Positions 1 to 10,100 of a DNA stretch of 26,794 nucleotides are shown here, piece by piece. Origin of the DNA: a virus (Duplodnaviria; Caudoviricetes); the IMG/VR virus record IMGVR_UViG_3300047279_000056, positions 1 to 26,794 of that record. One strand, 5' to 3'. The notes under the pieces are model-generated. The model did no database searches, was not told the DNA's origin, and was given only the letters and a program-made list of their open reading frames with translations. The position numbers were made by a program, and so were the translations under genes. The number at the start of each line of letters is the position of its first letter. Position 1 is the stretch's first letter.

Positions 1-2
1 AT

Positions 3-1688
3 ACATTCTATAATGGTGGTGTACGTAAGGTTCACTACTCAGAGTTAAGAAAGATAAATCCAAGGATTACAGATACCGAGATGGCTGCCATTAGAAAGGC
101 AGGGTCTGCGTGGTATAACACATACCCACAGGCTATATCAGAAACAGGTAACGCATTTGATAACGAACTAATAACTGTACTATTCTTTGACTATACAACA
201 GAAAAGAATTTTACTTGGAAGAAAAAATACTTAAAGGACGGAGGAGTAAGAGTTTCAGAAAAGCCTGATACGTTTAATCCTGTTGCCACTGAAGATACTG
301 AGGATAGATTTGAGAAGATATCTACAAAGAAGCAGATAGTATTTGAAGGAGTACTAGTGCTAGGTAGTGATATCTTGATTAAATGGGAAGCACAGACAAA
401 CCTTATTCGTCCTGAGGCTGCTAGTCAGAAGGCTGTGTCTAGTTTTGTAGCGTGTGCCCCTAGGATGTATAAAGGAAACATAGAGTCATTAGTAAGCAGG
501 ATGATACCTCACGCTGACTCTATTCAGTTGACTACATTAAAACTTCAGCAAGTTAAATCTAGAATGGTTCCTGATGGTATCGCTGTAGATGTTGATGCAT
601 TATCAGAGATCGACTTAGGAGACGGTGGTAAATATACTGCTACTGCAGCTCTTGATATGTACTTTCAAACAGGATCTGTACTAGTAAAGAGTTATACACA
701 AGATGGAGAATTCAATCAAGCGAAGACTCCGATACAAGAACTTACAACTTCAAGCGGTCAGAGTAAGATCGCTACACTTGTAAACCTATACAACTTTGAA
801 CTTAATATGATCAGAGATGTGACGGGACTTAACGAGGCTAGAGATGGATCGATGCCTAACCCTAACAGTCTAGTTGGCTTACAGAAGTTAGCAGCACTAA
901 GTAGTAATACTGCTACAAAGCACGTACTTGACGCAGGACTATCTATCACTAAGAGATTAGCTACGTGTCTGTCGTTAAGAATAGCTGACCTACTTAAGAA
1001 CGAGGACTTTAGAGAAGAGTTCGCTATGCAGATTGGTAAATACAATCTAGCGATATTAGAAGACATCAAGAATTTATACTTACACTCGTTCGGTATATTT
1101 ATCGAGCTTGAGCCTGACCAAGAAGAAAAGGCACAGCTAGAGGCAAACATCCAAGTATCGCTCGCTCAACAGACTCTAGATTTAGAGGATGCGATCGATA
1201 TTCGTATGATCAAGAACTTGAAGATGGCTAACGAGATGCTTAAGATTCGTCGTAAGAAGAAGTTGAAGGCAGCTCAAGACAGAGAGGATATGCAGTCGCA
1301 AATTCAGATGCAGATGAATATGCAGACTCAACAAGCAGCAGCAGAGCAAAAACAACAGACAGCTCAGATCGACGCTCAGGCTAAGATATCTATCAAAGAA
1401 GCTGAGGCTCAGTTTGCCGTTCAATTATTAGCAGCTGAGGTTGAAAGTAAGAAAGAACTGATGGCACTTGAGTTCGACTATAATATGCAGCTTAAAGGCA
1501 TAGAGACTAGTAACTTAGAGATGAGAGACAGTAAGAAAGAGGAAGCGAAAGACAAGCGTGTAGACATTCAAGCTACAGCACAGTCAAAGCTTATTGACCA
1601 ACGTAAGAATAATCTTCCTCCAGTAGACTTCGAAAGCTCGGAAGATTCCATGGATGGTTTTTCTCTTGAATCGTTTTCACCTAGATAA
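3..1688 (+). CDS. Portal protein, 5'-truncated by the window edge
   Basis: The frame is open from nt 3 (TFYNGGVRKVHYSELRK...), so ATG 81 is probably internal. It carries motifs recalled from Bacteroidota podophage portals (MYFQTGS, IRDVTGLNEARDGS, LYLHSFGIFIELEPD) and a Q/E-rich coiled-coil C-terminus, and it lies upstream of scaffold and MCP. Confidence 0.88.
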   Translation, partial: TFYNGGVRKVHYSELRKINPRITDTEMAAIRKAGSAWYNTYPQAISETGNAFDNELITVLFFDYTTEKNFTWKKKYLKDGGVRVSEKPDTFNPVATEDTEDRFEKISTKKQIVFEGVLVLGSDILIKWEAQTNLIRPEAASQKAVSSFVACAPRMYKGNIESLVSRMIPHADSIQLTTLKLQQVKSRMVPDGIAVDVDALSEIDLGDGGKYTATAALDMYFQTGSVLVKSYTQDGEFNQAKTPIQELTTSSGQSKIATLVNLYNFELNMIRDVTGLNEARDGSMPNPNSLVGLQKLAALSSNTATKHVLDAGLSITKRLATCLSLRIADLLKNEDFREEFAMQIGKYNLAILEDIKNLYLHSFGIFIELEPDQEEKAQLEANIQVSLAQQTLDLEDAIDIRMIKNLKMANEMLKIRRKKKLKAAQDREDMQSQIQMQMNMQTQQAAAEQKQQTAQIDAQAKISIKEAEAQFAVQLLAAEVESKKELMALEFDYNMQLKGIETSNLEMRDSKKEEAKDKRVDIQATAQSKLIDQRKNNLPPVDFESSEDSMDGFSLESFSPR

Positions 1689-1719
1689 CACGCTAAAACA
1701 GGGGTACTAGTTTTTTAAC

Positions 1720-1727
1720 TAATTTTG
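1720..1727 (+). promoter_or_regulatory. Bacteroidota-type -7 promoter element (TAATTTTG) upstream of scaffold/MCP
   Basis: Matches TAnnTTTG, is intergenic, and ends 20 nt before ATG 1748. Confidence 0.6.
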
Positions 1728-1747
1728 TAATAATTAAATCTAATATA

Positions 1748-2797
1748 ATGAGTGAAATAAAAATGAAGGTTGTTGGTGCGGATCACGTATCGGCAGCTGA
1801 GATAGAGAAAAAGGTTATCGAAGATGCTGCTGAAGAGACAACTGAAGAGCAACAAGAAGAGCAACAAGAAGAGACAACAACTAAAGAGGAGACCAGTGAA
1901 GAGCAAGTCACTCCGACAGAAATAAATGACGACGTAGTTCTTTCATATATTGGCAAAAAATTAAACAAGGATGTAACATCATTCGACGATCTAATGAGAG
2001 AGCAAACAGTTGCTGAAGAGTTAGATGTAGACGTTGCTGCATTCAACAAGTATAAAAAAGATACAGGTCGAGGTATCGAGGACTTTGTTAAATTGAATAG
2101 AGACTTAGACACGGTAGACGGTAGTAAATTGCTATCAGACTTCTATAAAGAAAATGGAGACGACGATGATGACGTAGCATACAGACTAAAGAAATTTAGA
2201 TATGATGAGGACGAGCACACGGAAGAGGAAATTGAAGATAGAAAGATAGCACTAAAGCAAGAACTTAAAAGAGCTAAGAAGTTTTTTGAAGAGCAGAAGG
2301 AAAAATACAATGTGCCCCTTGAGTCAAGGAAGCCATTATTTTCGGAAGCTGAGAAAGAAGACTTCGAGGCTTATAAAGTTAATAAGGTTACGGCTGAACA
2401 AGAGCACGAGAGACAAGTTGAGCGATCGAACTATTTCACTAGCGAAACAGACAAGCTTTACTCTGATAAATTTGAAGGTTTCAAGTTTAAGGTAGATGAG
2501 GATAGCACTATTGTCTATAAGCCAAGTGATGTCAAGGCACTGAAAGAGAATTCTTCATTGAAGGCATTCGTCGGAAAGTATCTAAATGACGATGGTTTTT
2601 TAAACAACGCTGAGGAGTTTCATAAGGCTTTAACAATCGCAAGTGATCCTGAGAAGTTTGCAAAATTCTTCATCGAACAAGGTAGAGCAATGGCTGTATC
2701 GAACTTTGAGAAAGAGAGCAAGAACGTGGATATGAAGCTTAGAACAACATCTAGCACGAATCCAAAACCAGGATTAACTATGAGGGTGATACAGTAA
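1748..2797 (+). CDS. Capsid scaffolding protein (putative)
   Basis: 349 aa with a very acidic low-complexity N-terminus and helical remainder, located between portal and MCP. Confidence 0.75.
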   Translation: MSEIKMKVVGADHVSAAEIEKKVIEDAAEETTEEQQEEQQEETTTKEETSEEQVTPTEINDDVVLSYIGKKLNKDVTSFDDLMREQTVAEELDVDVAAFNKYKKDTGRGIEDFVKLNRDLDTVDGSKLLSDFYKENGDDDDDVAYRLKKFRYDEDEHTEEEIEDRKIALKQELKRAKKFFEEQKEKYNVPLESRKPLFSEAEKEDFEAYKVNKVTAEQEHERQVERSNYFTSETDKLYSDKFEGFKFKVDEDSTIVYKPSDVKALKENSSLKAFVGKYLNDDGFLNNAEEFHKALTIASDPEKFAKFFIEQGRAMAVSNFEKESKNVDMKLRTTSSTNPKPGLTMRVIQ

Positions 2798-2840
2798 CCA
2801 AGGAAAAGTAAATTAATAATAACAACCTAAAACTAAAAAA

Positions 2841-4283
2841 ATGGCAGGTTCAATCGACGTATCTCCAGGGATATCTTTAACACCAAGTTCAACGCAACAA
2901 ACGTTGGCAACAAATTACATTACTGATTTCGACTATGTAACTCAGTACTTACCTGAAACAGATAAGGATGAGTTTTCTCGTTATGGAAATCGCACAATTA
3001 ACGGATTCTTACGTAATGTAGGAACAGCAGAAATTCCTTTTGCATCAGACCTTATTAAGTGGTCAGAATCAGGACGTTTACATACTAAATATACAGCATG
3101 TTCTATCGCTTATGGTGGTGGTAATGATACGGCTGTATTAACGGTAGCAGATGCAGGAATTGGCGCATGTAACTTTAGAGTTGGACAAGTTGTCTTTTTA
3201 TCTTCTAATGTTGCTAATTTATCTGATAAAGCAATTGTTACTGCGGTATCAGGATTAACATTTACTGTTGCTTATTACGCAGCAGCAGGTGGCACAATTG
3301 TAGATAACGCAGCTAATGATATTACAGCATTCGTTTATGGATCTGAATTCCAAAAAGGAACAGCTGGCATGTCAGGAGGATTAACCCCAGTACCTGATAT
3401 TTTTGATGTTAAACCAGTAATCATCAAGGATCGTTATGAAATCTCAGGATCAGATATGGCTCAAATCGGTTGGATTGAAGCTTCATCTGAAGAAGGAAAT
3501 GGTGGATTCTTATGGTATATCAAAGCAGCAGCTGAAACACGCTTACGTTATGATGATCAATTAGAGATGATGAGTGTTGAGCACGTTGATGCTGGTGCAG
3601 CATCAGGAGCATTGGCTTACTTATCTCCATCTTCATCTAACATCCCAGGTGAGACAGCAGCAGCTAGTTCAGCAGCAGGATCCCAAGGTTTATTCGCAGC
3701 AATCGAAGATAGAGGTAATATATGGTCAGGTGGTAATCCTGCAACTATGGCAGACTTCGATACAATCATCGAGCGTTTGGATGGTCAAGGGTCTATCGCT
3801 GAGAATACATTGTTTATCAATCGTCAGTTCTCTTTGGACTTAGATGATATGTTAGCAGCACAAAACTCTTACGGAGTTGGTGGTACTTCTTACGGTATGT
3901 TTAACAACGATGCTGATATGGCATTGAACTTAGGATTCACAGGATTCCGTAGAGGTTCTTATGACTTCTACAAGACAGACTGGAAATATCTTAACGACGT
4001 TACATTACGTGGTGGATTAGTAGGTGGTAAAGTTAATGGGGTACTTGTACCAGCAGGAACAACTACTGTTTACGATCAAGTTCTTGGAGCTAACGCGAAA
4101 CGTCCGTTCTTACACGTTCGTTACAGAATGATTAATCAAGAGAATCGTAAGTTGAAGTCATGGATCACAGGATCTGCAGGTGGAGCTAGCAATAGCGATG
4201 TCGATGCAATGTATGTGAATTATTTGTCTGAAAGAGCACTTTGTACTCTTGGAGCAAACAACTTCTTCAAATTCGAAGACTAA
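2841..4283 (+). CDS. Major capsid protein
   Basis: 480 aa, Gly/Ala-rich. Motifs recalled from crAss-related/flavobacterial phage MCPs (IKWSESGRLH, YGSEFQKGT, GFRRGSYDFYKTDWKYLND, RPFLHVRYR). Followed by a strong terminator. Confidence 0.92.
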   Translation: MAGSIDVSPGISLTPSSTQQTLATNYITDFDYVTQYLPETDKDEFSRYGNRTINGFLRNVGTAEIPFASDLIKWSESGRLHTKYTACSIAYGGGNDTAVLTVADAGIGACNFRVGQVVFLSSNVANLSDKAIVTAVSGLTFTVAYYAAAGGTIVDNAANDITAFVYGSEFQKGTAGMSGGLTPVPDIFDVKPVIIKDRYEISGSDMAQIGWIEASSEEGNGGFLWYIKAAAETRLRYDDQLEMMSVEHVDAGAASGALAYLSPSSSNIPGETAAASSAAGSQGLFAAIEDRGNIWSGGNPATMADFDTIIERLDGQGSIAENTLFINRQFSLDLDDMLAAQNSYGVGGTSYGMFNNDADMALNLGFTGFRRGSYDFYKTDWKYLNDVTLRGGLVGGKVNGVLVPAGTTTVYDQVLGANAKRPFLHVRYRMINQENRKLKSWITGSAGGASNSDVDAMYVNYLSERALCTLGANNFFKFED

Positions 4284-4294
4284 TATTACAATAC

Positions 4295-4330
4295 AGAGGG
4301 CGGTAGGAATACTGCCCTCTTATTTTTTTT
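4295..4330 (+). terminator. Rho-independent terminator after MCP
   Basis: AGAGGGCGGTA-GGAA-TACTGCCCTCT stem (one G-U pair, GNRA loop) followed by TATTTTTTTT. Confidence 0.9.
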
Positions 4331-4349
4331 AAATTTAATCTAAATAATA

Positions 4350-5120
4350 ATGAGTACAAAAGATCAACCAAAAGATCGTATATACGAACTTTTAAATGGA
4401 GCAGCTCCATTGAGTAAATATATTGCATCAAAAGATACTAGACGCAGTAGATTATTACATTATGATGAGTCAGGAGACAAGCCTAGAAATAGAGCTATGC
4501 GCTACTCAAGAAACCATGAATCACCATATATAGACGAGCAGGACGATACAGCTATCGTTGAGCCTATATGTTTTAATAGTGGAGCTCTATCAGTTCCTAA
4601 AAATAACCCATCACTACAGTATTTTTTATCTATTCACCCAGGAAACGAATCAAACGGAGGGTCTATTTTCAGACTTACTGACCCTGAAAGAATGGCAGAA
4701 GAACGTATAGCAGATGATGAGATTAGAATGGACGCAATGCTTGCATGTCGTCAGTTAGACTTAGATGAAAAGATAGCGTTAGCTAGAACTTTCGTTAGAG
4801 GAAACATTGAAAAGATGTCATCTAAAGAGATTGCATACGACCTTATGAGATTTGCAGAGAATAATCCTGAGACATTCTTAGCAGCATTAAACGACCCTGA
4901 TATTGATTTAAATAATATTGCAGCTCGTGCGATACACGACAAGTATGTAATAGTTAAGTTTGGTAAGGATTTATACTACAACATGGGAGACAATAAAAAG
5001 AAGATTGTAACTATTCCTCATGGAGTGAAGCCTGAAGATCAATTGTCAGCTTGGTTAGTTTCAGATGACGGAATGGATTTCTATAAGCAGCTATCGAATA
5101 TCTATAGCTCAGAAGATTAA
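4350..5120 (+). CDS. Conserved putative structural protein downstream of MCP
   Basis: 256-aa ORF with A-rich start context, in the post-MCP position typical of crAss-related head modules. Confidence 0.6.
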   Translation: MSTKDQPKDRIYELLNGAAPLSKYIASKDTRRSRLLHYDESGDKPRNRAMRYSRNHESPYIDEQDDTAIVEPICFNSGALSVPKNNPSLQYFLSIHPGNESNGGSIFRLTDPERMAEERIADDEIRMDAMLACRQLDLDEKIALARTFVRGNIEKMSSKEIAYDLMRFAENNPETFLAALNDPDIDLNNIAARAIHDKYVIVKFGKDLYYNMGDNKKKIVTIPHGVKPEDQLSAWLVSDDGMDFYKQLSNIYSSED

Positions 5121-5127
5121 TAACACT

Positions 5128-5162
5128 GACCCCTACTAGAATTTACTAGTAGGGGTTTTTTT
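5128..5162 (+). terminator. Rho-independent terminator
   Basis: ACCCCTACTAG-AATTTA-CTAGTAGGGGT perfect 11-bp stem followed by a T-run. Confidence 0.9.
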
Positions 5163-5164
5163 AT

Positions 5165-5172
5165 TACCTTTG
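5165..5172 (+). promoter_or_regulatory. -7 promoter element (TACCTTTG)
   Basis: TAnnTTTG directly after the terminator T-tract and upstream of ATG 5203. Confidence 0.65.
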
Positions 5173-5202
5173 TTCTTTATAAACCCATAAATTTTAAAAG
5201 AC

Positions 5203-5484
5203 ATGGCACAATTTTTATCAATCCCTGTAACATCTGAAGGGAATCAATTAATCTCAGCAAGGGGTGTATTATTAGTAGATTCAGCAACTAGTACTGCTGT
5301 AACAACTGTTCTTACATATGATGGCGGAAAAGCTATTACTCTTACACATGCAGCTGCTGTTGCATTTGATGTACGTGATGCTATTCAAGATGCATTGGTT
5401 CTTGCTCATTCTGCAGGATCCGCTCCTGCGGTAACTATCACAGTTACTATGCCAAAAGCAGTATCAGGAATCGCGGTAGCGTAA
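5203..5484 (+). CDS. Small Ala/Val/Thr-rich virion protein, possibly capsid decoration
   Basis: 93 aa with beta-rich composition, flanked by its own promoter element and terminator within the head module. Confidence 0.55.
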   Translation: MAQFLSIPVTSEGNQLISARGVLLVDSATSTAVTTVLTYDGGKAITLTHAAAVAFDVRDAIQDALVLAHSAGSAPAVTITVTMPKAVSGIAVA

Positions 5485-5506
5485 CCCTATTCTATTAGGC
5501 TTACTT

Positions 5507-5535
5507 AAAGGCACTGCTTCGGTAGTGCCTTTTTT
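5507..5535 (+). terminator. Rho-independent terminator with cUUCGg tetraloop
   Basis: AAAGGCACTGC-TTCG-GTAGTGCCTTT followed by T's. Confidence 0.92.
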
Positions 5536-5537
5536 AT

Positions 5538-5545
5538 TATCTTTG
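5538..5545 (+). promoter_or_regulatory. -7 promoter element (TATCTTTG) for the tail operon
   Basis: TAnnTTTG immediately after the terminator, ending 14 nt before ATG 5560. Confidence 0.65.
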
Positions 5546-5559
5546 TATAAATTATAGTG

Positions 5560-6279
5560 ATGATAGATAGCGTTAGAAATACAGTACTCTCAATAATAAG
5601 CAAGGACAATAGGGGATACATTACTCCAACTGAGTTCAACTTGTTTGCAAAACAAGCTCAGACAGAGATATTTGAGAAGTATATGTACGACTATAGCACT
5701 GCAATACAGAAGCAGAACGCTAGGATGCATGGATCAGGTTACGCAGGAGTTGTAGATAAACTAGAGGAGGCTATCGATATTTTCAGAGTCCCATTAGGAT
5801 TAACATATAATGGCACACCTGATAAGTTTTACATCCCAGGAACCGAACCATCGCCATCTGAGCCGTCTTATAAGTTGTTTGACTTATATTATAACGATGA
5901 CACAGAAATAGATTTCGTAACTGATGCACAAGCAAAGAGATTAAATAGATCAAACTTAACAGCACCAACGGTCGAGTATCCAGTATATACGGTAGACAGC
6001 GAAGGCATAAAAGTATATCCTACTACAATAGTAGCGAACGTTTCGGCTAACTATATAAGATATCCGAAGGATCCGAAGTGGACGTGGGTAACTCTTACGG
6101 CAGGTGAACCAATATTTAACCAAGGAGCGAATGACTATCAAGACTTCGAGCTTCCTTTGAGTGATGAGACTAACCTAGTTGTAAAGATTTTACAGTACGC
6201 AGGGATATCGATCAGAGAGGCAGACATCGTTCAAGCTGCTAAGTCAGATGAAATGCAAGATAAACAAGAAAAGATATAA
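5560..6279 (+). CDS. Tail ring / head-tail adaptor protein 1
   Basis: N-terminal 'SVRNTVLSIISKDNRGYITPTEFNLFAKQAQ' and 'YIRYPKDPKW...DFELP...LVVKILQYAGI' resemble crAss-like ring proteins. ATG 5560 is preferred over GTG 5557. Confidence 0.7.
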   Translation: MIDSVRNTVLSIISKDNRGYITPTEFNLFAKQAQTEIFEKYMYDYSTAIQKQNARMHGSGYAGVVDKLEEAIDIFRVPLGLTYNGTPDKFYIPGTEPSPSEPSYKLFDLYYNDDTEIDFVTDAQAKRLNRSNLTAPTVEYPVYTVDSEGIKVYPTTIVANVSANYIRYPKDPKWTWVTLTAGEPIFNQGANDYQDFELPLSDETNLVVKILQYAGISIREADIVQAAKSDEMQDKQEKI

Positions 6280-6282
6280 TAG

Positions 6283-7161
6283 ATGACACAAGAACAATAC
6301 TATAGCTCAAGTGACAACTACGGTGGTTATCAATACTTGCCATTATCTGATGTTGTAAATAACTTTTTACTGATGTATATCGGTAACGATAAACAACTTA
6401 ATAACGTCAAACGTCACGAGGTAATATTTCACGCCAAGCAGGCTATCAAGAAGTTATCATACAGTACTGAATCAAAGCCAACTCAGCCGATCGAGCTATT
6501 GGTTGGTGACGACTTAAAGTTCATCCTTCCGTCTGACTATGTTAACTACATTAGGATCTCAATAAATGTAAACGGTGTACTTAGACCATTATATGAGAAC
6601 AGACAAGCGAACTCTGCAGTTGGGTACTTGCAAGACAATAACAATAACCTACTATTCGACAGTAATGGAGAGGCATTGACAGGAACATCCCATCTAGATT
6701 TATCTAGAGTTACACCAACCCAATATACAGGTCTCGGCATATATAACGGATGTATGGGTTGGTGTTTGGATGACTGCTGGTATTTTGGATACAGCGTTGG
6801 ACCGAAGTACGGACTTAATCCTTCTGATCTTTTTTCAGGACCGTCATTTAAAGTAAACAACGGAGTCATCGATTTTTCTTCAGAAGTTGCAAATCAACTT
6901 GTCGTACTAGAGTACCTATCTGACGGTATGGCTAACGGTGTTGACGCAAACGTTGAGGTTCATAAGTTCGCTGAGGAGTTCGTTTACAGATACATTAAGT
7001 GGACTCTATTGAACGCTAAGGCTAGCATTCCTGTGTATGATAGAAAGTTAGCTCGTGATGAAAAGCAAGCTGAATACAGAAATGCAAAAATTAAGTTGAT
7101 GCGGTTAAATCCTGCGAGACTTATTCCTGCCCTTCGAGGTCAAGGTAATTGGATTAAATAA
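6283..7161 (+). CDS. Tail ring / tubular (adaptor-like) protein 2
   Basis: 292 aa with 'LPSDYVNYIRIS', 'LEYLSDG', 'VHKFAEE' and a C-terminal 'LRGQGNWIK', directly upstream of the nozzle gene. Confidence 0.7.
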   Translation: MTQEQYYSSSDNYGGYQYLPLSDVVNNFLLMYIGNDKQLNNVKRHEVIFHAKQAIKKLSYSTESKPTQPIELLVGDDLKFILPSDYVNYIRISINVNGVLRPLYENRQANSAVGYLQDNNNNLLFDSNGEALTGTSHLDLSRVTPTQYTGLGIYNGCMGWCLDDCWYFGYSVGPKYGLNPSDLFSGPSFKVNNGVIDFSSEVANQLVVLEYLSDGMANGVDANVEVHKFAEEFVYRYIKWTLLNAKASIPVYDRKLARDEKQAEYRNAKIKLMRLNPARLIPALRGQGNWIK

Positions 7162-7169
7162 AATATAGT

Positions 7170-10100
7170 ATGACGAATATCACGAATAGCTTTGTAGCAG
7201 GAAAAATGAACAAGGATTTAGATGAACGTCTAATTCCTGATGGTACATATAGAGATGCTTTAAATATTGATGTTGATACCGACGAGGGATCAAACGTTGG
7301 ATCTGCAAGAAATTCTTTAGGCAACACACTAACGGGTGGTACAATCAGTGCAACAAACGGTCGAACTATCGGTGCAGTTAAATTCGAACCTAACAACCTA
7401 CTATATTGGCTAGTTGCATCTGATACGTTTGACGCTATCTTTGAATACAACGAGATTACTGACACCACACAAAGAGTACTTAAGTGTACTAAGGCAACTC
7501 CAACGACTGCTAGTACGCTTAATTTTAATCAGCAGTACCTTGTAACAGCGATAAATTACATAAACGGGTTCTTGTATTGGACGGATGGATTAAACCCTCC
7601 TAGAAGGGTTAATATCGCACGAGCTAAAGCATACACCGTCGATGATGCAAAAATTGCTGACGACTTACAGGTGATACTTGCTCCACCATTGAATCCTCCG
7701 ACGATAAGATTGTTTAATGATGGAACTCAAGCAAATAATATATCTGAGAAATTCCTATCGTTTGCTACTAGGTATAAATACCTAGATGGTCAGTACAGTG
7801 CGTTATCTCCATTATCAGCCATAGCATTCACTCCAAAAACATATGAACTAGATTATCAGGCAGGGAATAACAAAGCAATGGTTAATAAATATAACTCAGT
7901 TAAGTTTACTTTCTCTACTGGGTCTGTAAATGTGACTGATATTCAGTTGGTTATGTATGACACTAGAAGTTTAAATATTAGTGTTGTAGAAACCTTTAAC
8001 AAAGTAAAACTAGCACTTATAGATAATGTTTATTACTCTAGCTTTACTTTTTCAAATAATAAGACTTACACTATACTTACTTCAGATCAGATAACTAGAA
8101 CATTTGATAACGTTCCATTACTAGCAGAGGCACAAGACTTTGTTGGTAATAGATTAATGTATGGCAACTACACTCAGTTTTATAATATAGCTGACACTAA
8201 CAAGAACAACATAAAGATAGATTTATCATTAAACTATATTAGTACAGATATAACAAATGGTACACCAACCCAAACGTGGAGGTCAGACAGAGATTACGAA
8301 GCAGCGATAGAGTATTTAGATAATTACGGAAGACATACAACAGCCTTAACCTCTGTAGGAAACACTACATATATACCTGCTATTCAATCTGACACAAGCA
8401 ACAGTTTATTATTAAACATAAAGAACAAGCCTCCGTATTGGGCTACTGGATATAGAGTACTAGTAAAGCAGAGTAAAAAAGATTATTATAATATTTTTCC
8501 AATTACTTATTATATTGATGGATTATATAGATATTTTTTAATAAATGAATCTGATCGAGATAAGTTTAAAGTTGGCGAGTATGTTATATTTAAATCAGAT
8601 AAAAGTGGAGTAACCCATTCAAATAAAAAGTATAAAATTTTAGAATTCGCAAACAAAGGGACTAGTTTTATAAGTGGTATAATTTCTATCTCAGGGTTAT
8701 ATTTTAAAATTAAAGTTGGCTCTGCGTTTGAATTAGATAATTCAGGCGAATACAATTACACTTGGACAGGAATAGGATTCGGGCGTGTATATACTAATAT
8801 AGGAGAAGATATATATCCTGCGCCACCTATAGGGGTGAATCCATTTGGTTTTATAGATAATCCTATTTATTATGGCTCAGGAGATGAATCAGCATTAACA
8901 CTTCAAAATAACAATATTCAATCATACATATATGCTGCTAGATTACAAGTAATTATTGATAGTATATCCACCTTTTATTATATATTTAATGGCACCGTCT
9001 ATCCATCAATAAACATATCATATGGTGTACCTATTCCTATAAATAGTAATGATGGATTACTATTTACAAATATTATAATAAATAATGGATTTAATATAGG
9101 AGATAGATGGACTATAATGTCTAGACTTGATGCTGATTTTACACAGCGTGCTGTAGCTATAGTACCAGGTCAAAATTGGTCTCCATCTACTCCTGAAGTA
9201 GATAGAGCAATAGAAGTAGGAGCAATAATTACGTTAAACGTAATTAAAGATACTTATAATTCAACACAGCAAGCTGGACCTCAAATATTTCCTCCATCAC
9301 CTGCTAGATATGCCAATATAGAGGAATGGTGGTATGAAACATTAGCGTATAATCAATTTATATATTATGATCAATCAGGGATAAATATAGGATCGCAAAA
9401 AGGAGATTGGAATACCGCTGGCATAGCATTTAATAGAGGTAAAAATTGGGCAATGACTGCTGGGACAGGAGGATCTAATTATGCTAATGCTATAGATACA
9501 GGAGGGTCTATATCAAGTGAAACACTAAAATACCCCGTTAGAATATTATTATATAGCTGCGTAGGACCAAATAATACAGAGCTAGACGATGAATATGAAG
9601 GAATAGGTAATAATGATCAAAGTGAAATAAACTTTTCATTTAGTATATCTCAATCAGACACTCCTACTATATGTGAAACAGTTGGTAAAGATAACTCATT
9701 AGATGTATATCACGAGGCTACAAAAACTTATTCAATAACGAACGGTTTTCATCAGACGACATGGAGATTTAAAGATTATACAGCACCATCTTACGCAAGT
9801 GGAAATACAAACTTAGGGCAATTAAATCCTAACGGGATTCAATCAGGGACAGACCAACAGCATTGGTTTGAAGTGGGAGATATAGTATACTTTAAATTAA
9901 ATGGGATAGCTACAAACATACCATACACTGTAACATATGTACCGAACGCATTTAATATTGTAATAGATAAACCATTTGTCGCTGGTCCTATAATAGCAGG
10001 CACAGTATCCTACAACGTAAATGATATAGACCAAACTAACTATGGTCTTGCAGGACAAGCTGTATTAAAGATAAATAACCCAGGCACAATTAATTCAACG

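Noticed and set aside
1830-1905. GAAGAGCAACAA-type short repeats in the scaffold gene
   Set aside because: They simply encode the E/Q/T low-complexity tract usual in scaffolds.
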